From: Candidatus Hadarchaeota archaeon
GTDB taxonomy: Archaea; Hadarchaeota; Hadarchaeia; Hadarchaeales; Hadarchaeaceae
Length of the DNA: 32,000 nucleotides
Reading direction: 5' to 3'
Assembly: GCA_964514965.1 (NCBI GenBank)
Contig: CAZETV010000002.1
Span: 188,545 to 220,544, forward strand
Shown: positions 8,179 through 15,818 of the stretch, piece after piece
How positions within the stretch are numbered: position 1 is the stretch's first letter
Layout: each line of letters opens with the position of its first letter
The notes under the pieces: generated by a model
The model's input: only the letters and a program-made list of their open reading frames with translations
The model's database searches: none
Told to the model about the DNA's origin: nothing
Position numbers and translations under genes: made by a program

Positions 8179-8544
8179 GTGTGGATGATGGTAGCTATCG
8201 CCCCGACAAGGGAGGGCCCGAGCGACTTAGCTCAAACAATCGAGAAGATTCTCGACAAGGGACTCGTGCTAGACGCCGACATCGCGGTTTCGGTCGCCGG
8301 TACCGAGTTGCTGGGCATAAAGATTCGCGCCGCACTCGCCTCTTTCGAAACCGCCGCGAAATATGGTCTCGAGTTTCCGAGCGGCGTCAACCTCAATGCC
8401 CCTGCATGGAAAGAGATAAACGTGAAAAAGGCGAAGTGCCCGGGCTGTGGAAACGAGTGTCCGGAGGAGGAGCTGCTCAAGCGGGGTTGTCCAATCTGTG
8501 GCTGGATGAGCCCGCTGAAGCCAAGACAGGCCCCGATCCCCTAG
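8179..8544 (+). CDS. gvpJ: GvpA/J/M-family protein with C-terminal zinc-ribbon-like extension
   Basis: DLAQTIEKILDKGLVLDADIAVSVAGTELLGIKIRAALASFETA followed by KCPGCGNECPEEELLKRGCPICGW. Likely start ATG 8185 or 8188. Confidence 0.85.
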   Translation: MWMMVAIAPTREGPSDLAQTIEKILDKGLVLDADIAVSVAGTELLGIKIRAALASFETAAKYGLEFPSGVNLNAPAWKEINVKKAKCPGCGNECPEEELLKRGCPICGWMSPLKPRQAPIP

Positions 8545-8868
8545 GTGGTAAACATGGCAATCGAGATCGATGAGTACAACCTCAAACAAGGGTTGCTGGG
8601 GCTGGTAGTCGCTCTCGCCGAAGTCATCCAAGAGGTGCTCGAGCACCAAGCGCTGCGGAGGATGGAGTCGGGTGGGCTGACCGATGCTGAGGTGGAGCGG
8701 CTCGGCAACGCTCTCATCGAGCTCGACGAGGCACTTGAACGCATCAAGCGGGAGAACGGAATCGAGGAGTGCGTGAGGTCCGTGCGAGATGGGCTCGACC
8801 AAGTAGCGGACGAGGCCATCCGTAAGCTAGCCGACCCGCAGGAGTGGGCAAGGGAGGCCACATCGTGA
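8545..8868 (+). CDS. gvpK: GvpK
   Basis: LKQGLLGLVVALAEVIQEVLEHQALRRMESGGLTDAEVERLGNALIELDEALERIK. Confidence 0.92.
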   Translation: MVNMAIEIDEYNLKQGLLGLVVALAEVIQEVLEHQALRRMESGGLTDAEVERLGNALIELDEALERIKRENGIEECVRSVRDGLDQVADEAIRKLADPQEWAREATS

Positions 8869-9653
8869 ACGGAACCCAAAAAGCGACCGAGGGGAGGTAC
8901 CTATACTGTATAGCCAGCTGCGGCGATGGGTTGTCACTGGGAGAGATAGGGATAGACAAGGGCCAAGTTTACACGATTACGCATAACGACATCGCTGCAG
9001 TAGTACACGTTTGCCCGCCCAAGCCCTATGAGTCCAAGGACGAGGAGCGCGTGAAGCGCTGGGTCTTCACCCACAACTACATCATCGACCAAGCCACCAA
9101 GCGATTCGGCACGGTGCTGCCTTTCTCTTTCGATTCTATCGTCAAGGGGGACGACGACGCGGTGGAGGGATGGCTGAGCGAGAATTACTCCCGATTTAAA
9201 GGTGAGCTCGAGAGGCTCAGAGGGAAGTCGGAACACACGGTACAGATCTTCTGTGACGCCTCCTTGTTAGCGCGGAGGATTGAAAAAGACAACCAGGAGA
9301 TTGGGTGGCTCGCGGAAGAGATCAAAGTAGCTCCCAAGGGAAAAGCCCACCTACTCGAACGGAAGCTCCAAAAGATGATTAGGGAGGCCGTGGCAGCTCA
9401 GGTTCGCGATTGGTCCAAAAAGTTCCATGTGCAGATAGAAGAACATGTCGAGGAGGCGAGGGAGGAGCGAAGCAGGTTCGTGCCCGAGCGGTTCAAGGAT
9501 AAGAAACTCGTGCTAGGCCTATCGTGCTTGGTCAGCGAGGGGAAAGTCGAAAAACTCGGAGAGGTGCTCCGCCAAATAAACGAGCAAGAAGGGTTCTCGG
9601 TGCGGTTCACGGGGCCTTGGGCGCCATTCAGCTTTGTGAGGTTGACCAAATGA
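8865..9653 (+). CDS. gvpL: GvpF/GvpL family protein, second copy
   Basis: EGRYLYCIA..VYTITHNDIAAVVH...FTHNYIIDQATKRFGTVLPFSFDSI...VRFTGPWAPFSFV; probable GTG start at 8865. Confidence 0.9.
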   Translation: MNGTQKATEGRYLYCIASCGDGLSLGEIGIDKGQVYTITHNDIAAVVHVCPPKPYESKDEERVKRWVFTHNYIIDQATKRFGTVLPFSFDSIVKGDDDAVEGWLSENYSRFKGELERLRGKSEHTVQIFCDASLLARRIEKDNQEIGWLAEEIKVAPKGKAHLLERKLQKMIREAVAAQVRDWSKKFHVQIEEHVEEAREERSRFVPERFKDKKLVLGLSCLVSEGKVEKLGEVLRQINEQEGFSVRFTGPWAPFSFVRLTK

Positions 9654-9883
9654 GGCCGACGCGGGAGTGCGGGCTCGTCGAGTTGCTCGATAAGATTTTG
9701 GACAAGGGCGTGGTGCTCAACGCAGATGTTATCATCTCGGTCGCTGGGGTTCCACTGGTGGGGGTGAGCCTCCGCGCTGCGCTTGCCGGAATCGAAACGA
9801 TGTTGGACTACGGCATAATGGAGGCTTGGGACCAGAGCATTAGGGAGCATTACTCAGAGGAGCTGGCGAAGAGAAAAGCGTAG
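9650..9883 (+). CDS. gvpM: GvpJ/GvpM-type GvpA-family protein
   Basis: ATG at 9650 overlapping the upstream stop; CGLVELLDKILDKGVVLNADVIISVAGVPLVGVSLRAALAGIETM. The ORF-track start at 9524 is too far upstream. Confidence 0.88.
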   Translation: MRPTRECGLVELLDKILDKGVVLNADVIISVAGVPLVGVSLRAALAGIETMLDYGIMEAWDQSIREHYSEELAKRKA

Positions 9884-9910
9884 GTGGGGCTTGCAGGGAA
9901 TGCTATTTCT

Positions 9911-9936
9911 GCTTGATTATGGCTGAAAAATCAAGC
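9911..9936. terminator. Candidate bidirectional terminator hairpin between convergent gvp operons
   Basis: GCTTGATT-atggctgaaa-AATCAAGC, perfect 8-bp arms between stops at 9883 (+) and 9969 (-). Confidence 0.5.
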
Positions 9937-9968
9937 CACTGCTTTCTTGCATTTACCTGCTTCCTTTG

Positions 9969-10274
9969 TTAAAGCTCTCGATACGCTTCGTTGACCGCCC
10001 GAAGCCGCTCGAAGTCCTCCGCAAGGATGCAGAGGCAGCGTTCCCCCCTCACAAGAAATAGCTTGAAACCAAGTACGCCACCTCTGCCCACGATTTTTGG
10101 CTTGCTGAGTGGCTTCACCTTGGCCCTCCCCCTAGACAGCGCCTTGTAAGCTTCATTAATTTTCAGTAGTCTCTCGATGTCCCTTGCCGAGATAAATAAA
10201 TAGTCGCCTTTTTGCCCGGTGATTCTGAATGGCTCCTCGGTCCCTCGCTTACCTATAACCTTTATCCTCTTCAA
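9969..10274 (-). CDS. Standalone two-module domain protein homologous to the N-terminus of the 5702-6970 GvpF/L fusion
   Basis: 101 aa; PKIVGRGGVLGFKLFLVRGERCLCILAEDFERLRAVNEAYREL vs IKIVGRGGVEGYKPFLLRGHYGRYLCILAEHLRQLKQINRAYAEL. Start codon uncertain (TTG). Confidence 0.7.
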   Translation of the reverse strand: MKRIKVIGKRGTEEPFRITGQKGDYLFISARDIERLLKINEAYKALSRGRAKVKPLSKPKIVGRGGVLGFKLFLVRGERCLCILAEDFERLRAVNEAYREL

Positions 10275-10385
10275 CGCTCTTACCGCCAGAGGTTCACCTT
10301 CATCCAGTCCCTCTTACCCATAGGGTTTTTCCATTTCCTTTCGCCCTTCGACATATCGCATGAACTCCCGCATGATGTCCTCGTA

Positions 10386-12551
10386 CTACCTTACCATCTC
10401 CGGAGTCATCGTCGGTCGAACCTTCTTTATCGCCCCATCGAAGTGCTTGCACTCGATCCGCTTGTCCTTGAGCGCCTTCCGCATCGCTTCCTTAGTCATC
10501 CCGGGCTTAATCGCCTCCCGGAGCGAGAGCATCACTGCCTCCCTGCATATCGCCGCTATGTCCGCGCCCACGTAGCCTTCGGTCCCCTTGGCGAGCGCGC
10601 TCAAGGAAACGTCCTTTGCAAGAGGTTTCTCCTTGAGGTGGACCTTGAAGATTTCCTCGCGCTCCTTCGGGTCGGGAGGTAGAACGTAAATCAGCCTGTC
10701 GATTCGGCCCGGCCTCAGCAGCGCCCGGTCGATCATGTCGGGCCGGTTGCTAGCGCACAGCACGAGCACATCCTTCAGCTCCTCCAACCCATCGAGTTCG
10801 GTCAACATCTGACTAACGACGCGCTCGGAGACATGCGAGTCGAAACTCACCGCGCGCGTCGGGCACATCGCATCGATTTCATCGAAAAAGACGATGCAGG
10901 GGCTTGCTTGCCTCGCCTTCCTGAACATCTCCCTCACGCCCCGCTCGCTCTCGCCAACCCACTTCGACAGCAGCTCTGGGCCTTTAATCGAGATGAAGTT
11001 CGCCTCGCTCTCGGTCGCGACGGCCTTCGCCAGCATTGTCTTGCCAGTGCCGGGGGGTCCGAACAATAAAATCCCCTTGGGGGGCTTGGTCTTGAAGCGC
11101 TCGAAAGCTTCGGGGTACTTGAGTGGCCACTCCACCGCCTCGATCAGCTCCTGTTTTGCCTGCTCCAAGCCGCCTATGTCATCCCAGTGCACGTTGGGGG
11201 CTTCGATGAACACCTCCCGCATCGCGCTGGGAGTCACAGTCTTGAACGCATTTGAAAAATCATTCATCGTGACTTCAAGTGCCTCAATGATCTCAGCTGG
11301 AATCTCCTTCTCGATCTCGATTTTCGGCAGGATCTTGCGCAGGGCGCTCATCGCCGCCTCCTTGCATAGCCCAGCGAGGTCAGCGCCTACAAAGCCGTGA
11401 GTTATGTCGGCGAGGTAGTTGAGGTTGACATCTTCTGTGAGTGGCATCCCGCGCGTGTGGATCTGCAGGATCTCGTAGCGCCCGTTTCGGTCTGGGATGC
11501 CTATCTCGATTTCGCGGTCGAATCTTCCTCCTCGGCGCAACGCCTCATCGAGAAGGTTGGGTTGGTTAGTTGCACCAATTACAACAACTTTTCCGCGCGT
11601 CTTAAGACCATCCATCAGCGAGAGAAGTTGCGCCACCACCCGCCGCTCAACCATCCGCTCCCCAGTCATCTCCGAGCGTTTTGGGGCAATCGCGTCTATC
11701 TCATCGATTAGGACGATCGCTGGAGGGTTCGCCTCCGCCTGCTCGAATATCTCCCTGAGGCGGGCCTCTGACTCCCCATAGTACTTACCGATCACTTCTG
11801 GACCCGAGACGAAAACGAAGTTCGCATCGGTCTCGTTTGCTACCGCCTTCGCTATTAGCGTTTTGCCTGTGCCTGGGGGGCCATGGAGCAGTACCCCTTT
11901 AGGGGGCTCAATCCCCAGCCTCTGAAAGAGTTCGGGATGCTTTAGCGGTAGCTCGATCATCTCACGGATGAGTCCTACCTCGCGCTTCAGCCCGCCGATG
12001 TCCTCGTAGGTGACGTAGGTCCGCATAGCCTCGATTGGCTTCTCTGCGAGCGTGACCTCGGTCTCCGGGACAACGATAACAACGCCCGTGGGCTGGGTGG
12101 AGGTGACGATGAAAGTAAGTGGTCTACCTAGAATATCGACTCGAATTTGCTGGTCCTTGATGATCGGCTGCCCCTCGAGCACCTTGCGGATGTACTCGTC
12201 GCCCTCCACTATCCTTATCGGCTCCGTGGGGGCAACACTTATTCTCCTCGCCTTCTCGGCGGCGGCCTTCCTGATCTCAACCCGCTCACCGATTCCAATG
12301 CTTGCGTTGCTCCGAATGTTACCATCGATCCGAATTATCCCACTGCCCGAATCCTCGGGATAGCACGGCCAAACAATCGCGTAAGCAGACCCCTTCCCCT
12401 TAATCTCGACGATGTCCCCGCTGACCATACCTAACTTTTTCATCACCTCTGAGTCTACCCGCGCTATCCCCCGACCTGCGTCGCGGTGCTTCGCCTCAGC
12501 AACTAGCAGGATTTGGGGCACGTTACCACGATTTTGTTCTCGCTTCCTCAA
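10386..12551 (-). CDS. Cdc48/VAT-type double-AAA+ ATPase
   Basis: [17 protein letters not shown]-domain start; [13 protein letters not shown] and [13 protein letters not shown] Walker A; [13 protein letters not shown] and [13 protein letters not shown] Walker B. The ORF ends at a TAG followed in frame by YEDIMREFMRYVEGRKEMEKPYG*. Start may be GTG further in. Confidence 0.93.
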   Translation of the reverse strand: MRKREQNRGNVPQILLVAEAKHRDAGRGIARVDSEVMKKLGMVSGDIVEIKGKGSAYAIVWPCYPEDSGSGIIRIDGNIRSNASIGIGERVEIRKAAAEKARRISVAPTEPIRIVEGDEYIRKVLEGQPIIKDQQIRVDILGRPLTFIVTSTQPTGVVIVVPETEVTLAEKPIEAMRTYVTYEDIGGLKREVGLIREMIELPLKHPELFQRLGIEPPKGVLLHGPPGTGKTLIAKAVANETDANFVFVSGPEVIGKYYGESEARLREIFEQAEANPPAIVLIDEIDAIAPKRSEMTGERMVERRVVAQLLSLMDGLKTRGKVVVIGATNQPNLLDEALRRGGRFDREIEIGIPDRNGRYEILQIHTRGMPLTEDVNLNYLADITHGFVGADLAGLCKEAAMSALRKILPKIEIEKEIPAEIIEALEVTMNDFSNAFKTVTPSAMREVFIEAPNVHWDDIGGLEQAKQELIEAVEWPLKYPEAFERFKTKPPKGILLFGPPGTGKTMLAKAVATESEANFISIKGPELLSKWVGESERGVREMFRKARQASPCIVFFDEIDAMCPTRAVSFDSHVSERVVSQMLTELDGLEELKDVLVLCASNRPDMIDRALLRPGRIDRLIYVLPPDPKEREEIFKVHLKEKPLAKDVSLSALAKGTEGYVGADIAAICREAVMLSLREAIKPGMTKEAMRKALKDKRIECKHFDGAIKKVRPTMTPEMVR

Positions 12552-12585
12552 CCTTTAAACGTGAAAAAAATGTGCTCGATACGGG

Positions 12586-12873
12586 TCATGTCATAAATTC
12601 TAATCCCTCTCGATCAGACCTGCGCCTTACCCGCACCTGATTGAACCCCTGTACTCCGCCATCCTCGCTGAGCGAGAGTTCGTACCTGCCGATCAAATCC
12701 TGAGCGTCGGGTATCGCTTTTCGCTCGAGCACTTCAACGAGCAGTTTCCACCCTCCCCCCTTCTCCTTCGAGACACCGATCACCGACTCAAACGGTTTCT
12801 TTATTGTCTCCTTGACAAATGCCGGAGCCATGTCAACTATCTCGACCGCTTTCCTCTCTTTTTTCTCCGCCAT
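12586..12873 (-). CDS. gvpO: GvpO
   Basis: From ATG 12873: MAEKKERKAVEIVDMAPAFVKETIKKPFESVIGVSKEKGGGWKLLVEVLERKAIPDAQDLIGRYELSLSEDGGVQGFNQVRVRRR. Confidence 0.85.
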   Translation of the reverse strand: MAEKKERKAVEIVDMAPAFVKETIKKPFESVIGVSKEKGGGWKLLVEVLERKAIPDAQDLIGRYELSLSEDGGVQGFNQVRVRRRSDREGLEFMT

Positions 12874-12883
12874 GTTTAACCTC

Positions 12884-13249
12884 CTACGGCACGTAGATGT
12901 AGCCACCGCGCTTGTAGGGTACCACCTTGACGCTTTTGCCCTTCCAGTTCGCAACCCCCTCACGGACGTTATAGCGCTCCACATCTTTGGCCAGCTTGTA
13001 GTATTTGAGGAACTTCGCAAATCGCTGCTGCTTGGCCCTGCCGCCCGCGCGGAGCGCCGATGTGCTGAAAGTGCCGTCCGATTTTAGTCGTAAGTAAAAC
13101 GTCGTGCTCACGGTTCGCCCGTCTGGAGTTTTAGCCGCCACTATTACAGCATCGGTGTCTGCGATTGTCAGCCCTGGTGGCTTCTTCCGCCATAGCTTGC
13201 TTATCTTGCAGACCCTTACATCCTCTATCGTCGCACTCAACCTTTCCAT
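12884..13249 (-). CDS. Hypothetical protein between gvpN and gvpO
   Basis: 121 aa, tightly spaced in operon; family not recognised. Confidence 0.6.
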   Translation of the reverse strand: MERLSATIEDVRVCKISKLWRKKPPGLTIADTDAVIVAAKTPDGRTVSTTFYLRLKSDGTFSTSALRAGGRAKQQRFAKFLKYYKLAKDVERYNVREGVANWKGKSVKVVPYKRGGYIYVP

Positions 13250-13259
13250 AACCTCACCC

Positions 13260-14288
13260 CTAACTTGGTATCACCTCTTTCACGAGGCGTTGCTTATTGA
13301 CAAGATCGACGGGCCCCTTAACCTTCGTCGCTAAGATATCGAGAACCAGTTCTTCGAGCCGCTTCTCGCCGTCGCCTAGCACCATGAGTCCTTGAGCGAC
13401 CATTATACAGGCCCGCGTCCCAGGCTTCTCGGCATCGGGCAGTTTTTCCCTTATCTTTCTGATAATCTCCACTATCCTCCGCGCATCTGCGTCGGATACT
13501 CCCGAATGCGCCGTCGTGATCTCCACCTCGGTCTCTGGGTCGTAGAAGTCCATGTAGATTCCAACGGTGCGATCAAGCAGCGCGTCCTGCGGGCGGTGCA
13601 CCCCGGCGTAGTCGACCGAGTTGCTCGTGAATATCGCCATGAATTCCGGATGGGCCTTGATGTATCGCTCCTCGCCGAATCGCGTGGGGAGTTCCAGCAC
13701 GCCCTCTTGGAACACCGAAAGCAGGACGTTGTTAGCTTCAGGCTTCGCTCGGGAGAAATCGTTATAGACGAAGATGTAACCATTCTTGCACGCGATCGTC
13801 AGCGGGTTGTCCACCCAACCAGCTTTCAGGATATTTTTCGCCTTGAGGACGGTGTGAACGTAACGGTCGCGGATGCTCTCACTCTCCACCTGTGAGTAAC
13901 CACCAACGAGATCAGTCGTAGTCATTGACTCGTCTCCGTTCAGCCAGACCGTCGGCTTTCCCAGCTCTTCGGCCACTTTCATCGCGAGCGTGGTCTTCCC
14001 GCAGCCGGTCGGGCCAATGATGTGAACAGGGTAGCCGGCGTTGAGCCAGAGCTTCACCTTCTCCTTGAGTTTTTTGACTTGCTCGGTCTCGACGAAATGC
14101 TCGACCTTCGGCATCAGGTATCTGGTCTCCACCGTTTCAGCAGCGAGTTCAGGTCTCACAGTAATCGCTCGCTTAACGAATTCCGCGCGCTTCGCACGTT
14201 CCTCGCGCCACCGCTCTTTTGCCTCCTCCAAGGTCTCGGTGATTCGCTCTCCCCTGACTTTCTTAGGATGGGCCCGTCTCCATCTCAC
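13260..14288 (-). CDS. gvpN: GvpN, MoxR-type AAA+ ATPase
   Basis: VHIIGPTGCGKTTLAMKVAEELGKPTVWLNGDESMTTTDLVGGYS...NGYIFVYNDFSRAKPEANNVLLSVFQEGVLELP. Confidence 0.92.
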   Translation of the reverse strand: MRWRRAHPKKVRGERITETLEEAKERWREERAKRAEFVKRAITVRPELAAETVETRYLMPKVEHFVETEQVKKLKEKVKLWLNAGYPVHIIGPTGCGKTTLAMKVAEELGKPTVWLNGDESMTTTDLVGGYSQVESESIRDRYVHTVLKAKNILKAGWVDNPLTIACKNGYIFVYNDFSRAKPEANNVLLSVFQEGVLELPTRFGEERYIKAHPEFMAIFTSNSVDYAGVHRPQDALLDRTVGIYMDFYDPETEVEITTAHSGVSDADARRIVEIIRKIREKLPDAEKPGTRACIMVAQGLMVLGDGEKRLEELVLDILATKVKGPVDLVNKQRLVKEVIPS

Positions 14289-14397
14289 ATAATTGCCTCC
14301 GCTAACCCCTCCATGATAGGCTTATTTAGTTTTTCGTTTCGAAATTCGATATATCTAAGAAGTAAAATTTGAAAAAAGTAAGGGAATCAACCGTTAG

Positions 14398-14595
14398 CTA
14401 CTCGTACCAAAAGTCATTTACGTACTTGCCCACATCTTCTTTGTGGTATCTTTCAATCTCGTTTTGAAATTTTTTGGCTTCTCCGAGTAACTCCTTAGCG
14501 CCCCGTTCGATTTTTTTCACCGCAGCATCAATCGCTGCGCGCTTCGCCATCACGCCAGTCTTTTCCTTTTCAGCCACCCTGCGCCCCCCTAACAA
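14398..14595 (-). CDS. Short coiled-coil protein with C-terminal NDFWYE motif
   Basis: MAKRAAIDAAVKKIERGAKELLGEAKKFQNEIERYHKEDVGKYVNDFWYE; paralog of the next gene's ends. Confidence 0.6.
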   Translation of the reverse strand: MLGGRRVAEKEKTGVMAKRAAIDAAVKKIERGAKELLGEAKKFQNEIERYHKEDVGKYVNDFWYE

Positions 14596-14636
14596 TCATA
14601 ATTTGATAATAAATAAAAATAAAAGAAAGGGGTAAT

Positions 14637-15065
14637 CTAACCGTACCAGAAGTTTTGGATAGCGTTACTGAAGTCTTCTTTCCTGTACCGCTTGAACTCG
14701 TTGCCTAACCGCTTGCATTCGTTGCTTAACTTCTTTGCATTGCTCAGGATTTGTTCGGTCCCCTTGCCGATCTTCGCTACTGCCTCCTCGTTCTCTTTGA
14801 CTTGCGCTTGGATCGCCGACTGAAGTTCACCTGCCCCAGTCTCTATCTTTTTGACAGCTTCCTCCACTTTATTGGTTGTCTCTTTAACTGCTGCTGTCAT
14901 CTGCTTGACTCCCTCGGTCATTCGTCTCTCTCCTTCTTTGTAAATGTCTTTGCCTGCTTTTTGAACATCTCTACTTGTCTTCTCAATCGCGGCACGCTTC
15001 GCTAAAACCCCCTTCTTCCCAATCTTCGGTTTTTCCACCTTAGGTGTATACTCCTCTTCTACCAT
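14637..15065 (-). CDS. Coiled-coil protein downstream of gvpA with C-terminal QNFWYG motif; GvpC-like candidate
   Basis: 142 aa, almost entirely helical/charged; LAKRAAIE and FKRYRKEDFSNAIQNFWYG shared with the 14398-14595 product. Confidence 0.6.
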   Translation of the reverse strand: MVEEEYTPKVEKPKIGKKGVLAKRAAIEKTSRDVQKAGKDIYKEGERRMTEGVKQMTAAVKETTNKVEEAVKKIETGAGELQSAIQAQVKENEEAVAKIGKGTEQILSNAKKLSNECKRLGNEFKRYRKEDFSNAIQNFWYG

Positions 15066-15088
15066 TTTCTACCCCCTAAATAATTGAA

Positions 15089-15107
15089 CGGGCCCTCGCG
15101 GGGCCCG
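15089..15107 (-). terminator. GC-rich hairpin between gvpA and the coiled-coil genes (attenuator/processing element)
   Basis: CGGGCCC-tcgcg-GGGCCCG, perfect 7-bp arms. Confidence 0.5.
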
Positions 15108-15130
15108 CCACGATCTCAGGCCGAGGCTCT

Positions 15131-15352
15131 CTAAGGCGCAGCTGGTGCACCGATCGCAGCTGCCTCGATTTTCGTCATCTCTTCCGCGTAGTGGACGAAG
15201 GTGTCGACTGACGCCACTACCACACGAGCCTCAACAGTAAGTATCTCAATTCCAACTAGCGAAACTCGTGCCCAGACATCGACGACAATCCCCTTGTCGA
15301 GGATTCGATCGAGAACCTCTGCCAAGTTACTAATTGCTGGTCTAGCTGCCAT
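15131..15352 (-). CDS. gvpA: GvpA, major gas vesicle structural protein
   Basis: 73 aa; [52 protein letters not shown]; GGAGGT RBS upstream. Confidence 0.96.
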   Translation of the reverse strand: MAARPAISNLAEVLDRILDKGIVVDVWARVSLVGIEILTVEARVVVASVDTFVHYAEEMTKIEAAAIGAPAAP

Positions 15353-15509
15353 TTCCTAACCTCCCTATTTTTTCATATGAACTTCCCCGATGTTTTTAAA
15401 CGAATTTTTTCTCGAAACTCACATCAGGAGTTGTTTTGAAATTCGAAAGTTGCATGATTCAGAAAGTTTATTTACAATCAATTCCAACTCTAAACGATGG
15501 GGTGAAGAT

Positions 15510-15818
15510 TTGTCTGCTCGTAGAAATTTTTACAGAAGGATTGAGTTGCGCAGGGCATGGCTCGAGCGAAAGAAGCGAGCGACCGCCGCGATACAGGATC
15601 TCCGCTGGAAGCGACGGGCAGCCAAGCTGGGGAAAAAGCCTGCCCCTGAGGAAAAAGAAGCCCCAACTGAGGAAAAGGCCCCCGTGGAGGAAACCAGAGA
15701 GGAAGTTCCCGAAGAGAAAGCTCCCCAAGCGCCAAAAGATGAAGCGCCTGAGAAAAAGCCCACAGAAGAGGCGCCGCCCGAGAAGACTGGAGTCCCGCCC
15801 GCGCTCTTTCCCGAGTAA
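15510..15818 (+). CDS. Small basic protein with Pro/Glu/Lys-rich low-complexity tail
   Basis: From TTG 15510: SARRNFYRRIELRRAWLERKKRATAAIQDLRWKRRAAKLGKKPAPEEKEAPTEEK...; GGGGTGAAG RBS. ORF track starts upstream at 15390. Confidence 0.5.
   Translation: MSARRNFYRRIELRRAWLERKKRATAAIQDLRWKRRAAKLGKKPAPEEKEAPTEEKAPVEETREEVPEEKAPQAPKDEAPEKKPTEEAPPEKTGVPPALFPE

Noticed and set aside
10212-10682. 156-aa plus-strand ORF
   Set aside because: Antisense to the clear Cdc48-like coding sequence; same for the other plus-strand ORFs across 10360-12434.
7263-15133. Genome-wide recoding of TAG (pyrrolysine code) suggested by the Cdc48-like TAG
   Set aside because: TAG terminates many genes here at natural ends (gvpG, gvpH, gvpM, gvpN, gvpA, both coiled-coil genes), so TAG is a normal stop; only a local event is plausible.
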